64,000 nucleotides of DNA from positions 63,528,788 through 63,592,787 of the forward strand of contig CM120640.1 of the NCBI GenBank assembly GCA_051362555.1, read 5' to 3'. This DNA comes from Lingula anatina. Lineage: Eukaryota; Animalia; Brachiopoda. Both the position numbers and the translations under genes were made by a program. Shown here one piece after another: positions 62,001 to 64,000 of this stretch. Position 1 is the first letter of the stretch, and every line of letters starts with the position of its first letter. The notes under the pieces are model-generated. The model did no database searches, was not told where the DNA came from, and worked only from the letters and a program-made list of their open reading frames with translations.

Positions 62001-62826
62001 TATCTCATGCATTAGTTCTATAGAGGAAACAAAATGCTCTGTATAAAGGAGTAACAAGGATATTTGGACTTTTAAAAAAGGCTTTAGGACAATATACATT
62101 TGAATGAATTTTCAGGCAGGATTGATGAGGCTGAGAGAGTCACTAAGATTGCAACCAAGTACCTGCCATCAGAGCCCCAGTTGTACTACAACCTAGCCAA
62201 TGCACAGGGTAATGCAGGCAGGCATGAAGATAGTGAAAGAAATTTTCTTAAGGCAATACAGCTGGATGGGAAAAAGGCAGTCTATTATGCAAACCTGGGT
62301 AATGCACATGGTGATATGTGATTGTACGAAGTAATATTTTACCCATTTCCTTTAACTTTAAATCATTCAGATCTTATCCATGAAAAATTAATTTCACTTC
62401 ATTATTTTTTCACATTTGAATTCATTTCTCTGATACATATAATCTGTATAATGCATATGATGATTATACCACGATTTGCACAAAACCCATGTTTACTTAT
62501 GGTGCTTTGATGAAATTCTTTGAGTCAACAGGTTAAGCTATCAATAGTATTTGTGAATTTAGTATGTAAGCATATTTTTTAAAAAGTTACCATCAATTAC
62601 AGGAGAATATAACACTGAAATATATATGACAATGAATAATTCAATTAAAATTCCAATCTTTTTAGGTGTTTTGTACCACAGGTGGAATAAATATGAGCAG
62701 GCTGGGGCAGCATACAGGAAAGCATTAAAATTAGATCCAAATTCACCTCTTGTAAAAGAAAACCTTGAAAAGTTGCTTAGAAAAATGGAAAAAGAACAAC
62801 AGGAACACAAGTCTGCTAGAACCTGA
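56074..62826 (+). CDS. TMTC4: Protein O-mannosyltransferase TMTC4 (transmembrane and TPR repeats), multi-exon
   Basis: [17 protein letters not shown]...[26 protein letters not shown]; [22 protein letters not shown]; KEQGITV; [14 protein letters not shown]; [25 protein letters not shown]; C-terminal TPRs; TGA at 62824-62826. Confidence 0.95.
56494..56708. mobile_element. MITE family A, copy 2
   Basis: Interior is the reverse complement of 16440-16610; ends GAGTGCATTCCCA / TGGGAATGGGGTC with TTA/TAA flanks. Confidence 0.8.
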
Positions 62827-63684
62827 TCCAAGCATTTTACATACGTTCATTACAGCTTAAGAGTTGCATTTTTATCTAAGTCACAAACATTTTAGTACTT
62901 TTTGTGGCTATTTATATTTGATATAAGTTACAATCCATGAGTTATTTTTAAAATATTTTTCAGATTATCATTACTTATCTCAGCTTTAATGCCAATACTA
63001 AGAACTGCAGTTTGCCTATACAAAGAAAAGACAATAAAAACCCTTAAATTATTTTTCTATATTTTAAAAAATGCCTCTGCCACATCATGTAGCAGAGTTT
63101 AATTTGTATTGCCCAGGTAAGCCCAATGACTTACTGTAGATAGGGAGATGATTTTTCAGTTTTACCTCTTGTAATTGTTATTAATACCTTGTGAAATTTA
63201 CTTTATGTTCCTTGCAAATCCATGATTTCAACCTTGATATTTGTGGGCCCAGGGTTGTTAAAATAATAATAATAGTTATTATTTTATTAACGTCTCCCGT
63301 TTAAAAATAAAACCCACCCTACTAAGGGTTAATAATTGACTAAAAGCAAAAACCTGTGAAAATACAATTTAAATTCATAGAGTTCTCTAAAGTACATTAC
63401 TTATCATTTCAACACATTAAAAAAGAATATTTTATATAAAGCCTTTCAATCCCTCTCATATGTATAAAATTTATTTCTTCTACACATCATTGCGTTTGTT
63501 GTTTTTTTTCTGTCTTGAGTCGTATCTGGCCATTTTGCATGACAAATGTGAACTTTTCAGTGTTCTGAAATGCATTAAAATGTTCTTCAAAAAGAACTGC
63601 CAAGTTGAAAGGTCTTCTCTTATGTCTTTATAGAGTTCACAGTTAATAAAAATTGTTTCTCCCTCCCTACCACATGTATTCAAA

Positions 63685-63949
63685 GTACAATTTATGGGTA
63701 CGTACGGATAAAATTTAGTCCCAAATTATTACACGTCCCTATACTCCCGTTACCGATAGATACATAAAGGAAAAACGGAAAAAACGTCTTTTTAGATTTA
63801 AATACCGATAGATCCGATTTTTTTCTTCTGTCCTATATATTTGCGTTCCTATAGATATGACGTCCTCATAAACCCACGTCCTTTAAATCCGCATACCTAT
63901 AGATCCACGTATTTTTAGATCCAAATACCGATAGATCCATTACAGGTAC
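63685..63949. repeat. Probable MITE with repeated (CCG/CCT)ATAGAT motifs
   Basis: Five TACCGATAGAT/CCTATAGAT units; weak GTAC-terminal inverted similarity. Confidence 0.4.
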
Positions 63950-64000
63950 ACTATTGCTCGAAATGGTTGGTATACTACTCAGTACATAAAATGCACTTCT

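Overview
AT-rich, intron-dense eukaryotic DNA, inferred from gene content to be an invertebrate animal; no prokaryotic features, rRNA, tRNA or CRISPR seen. The first 17.5 kb hold two paralogous 3-exon genes for small secreted precursors (signal peptide, Trp-Arg-rich peptide, dibasic site, acidic pro-region). Copy 1 predicts an amidated octa-arginine peptide, WRRRRRRRRS-NH2; copy 2 predicts WRRRRQIQS. The ORF track misses both because their exons are short. A deeply nested stack of DNA transposons lies between them. Next come 5'-truncated head-to-head fragments of an SLC27/FATP gene and a fibrinogen-domain pseudogene. A compact block follows: GH3 beta-xylosidase, a signal-peptide JmjC/cupin protein lacking all three Fe ligands and ending in KDEL, a 2OG-Fe(II) dioxygenase, AIF1-like (with a possible 3.8-kb alternative first exon), BLOC1S3, SNIP1 and TMTC4. 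All gene models were spliced by eye and are not checked against transcripts or databases.
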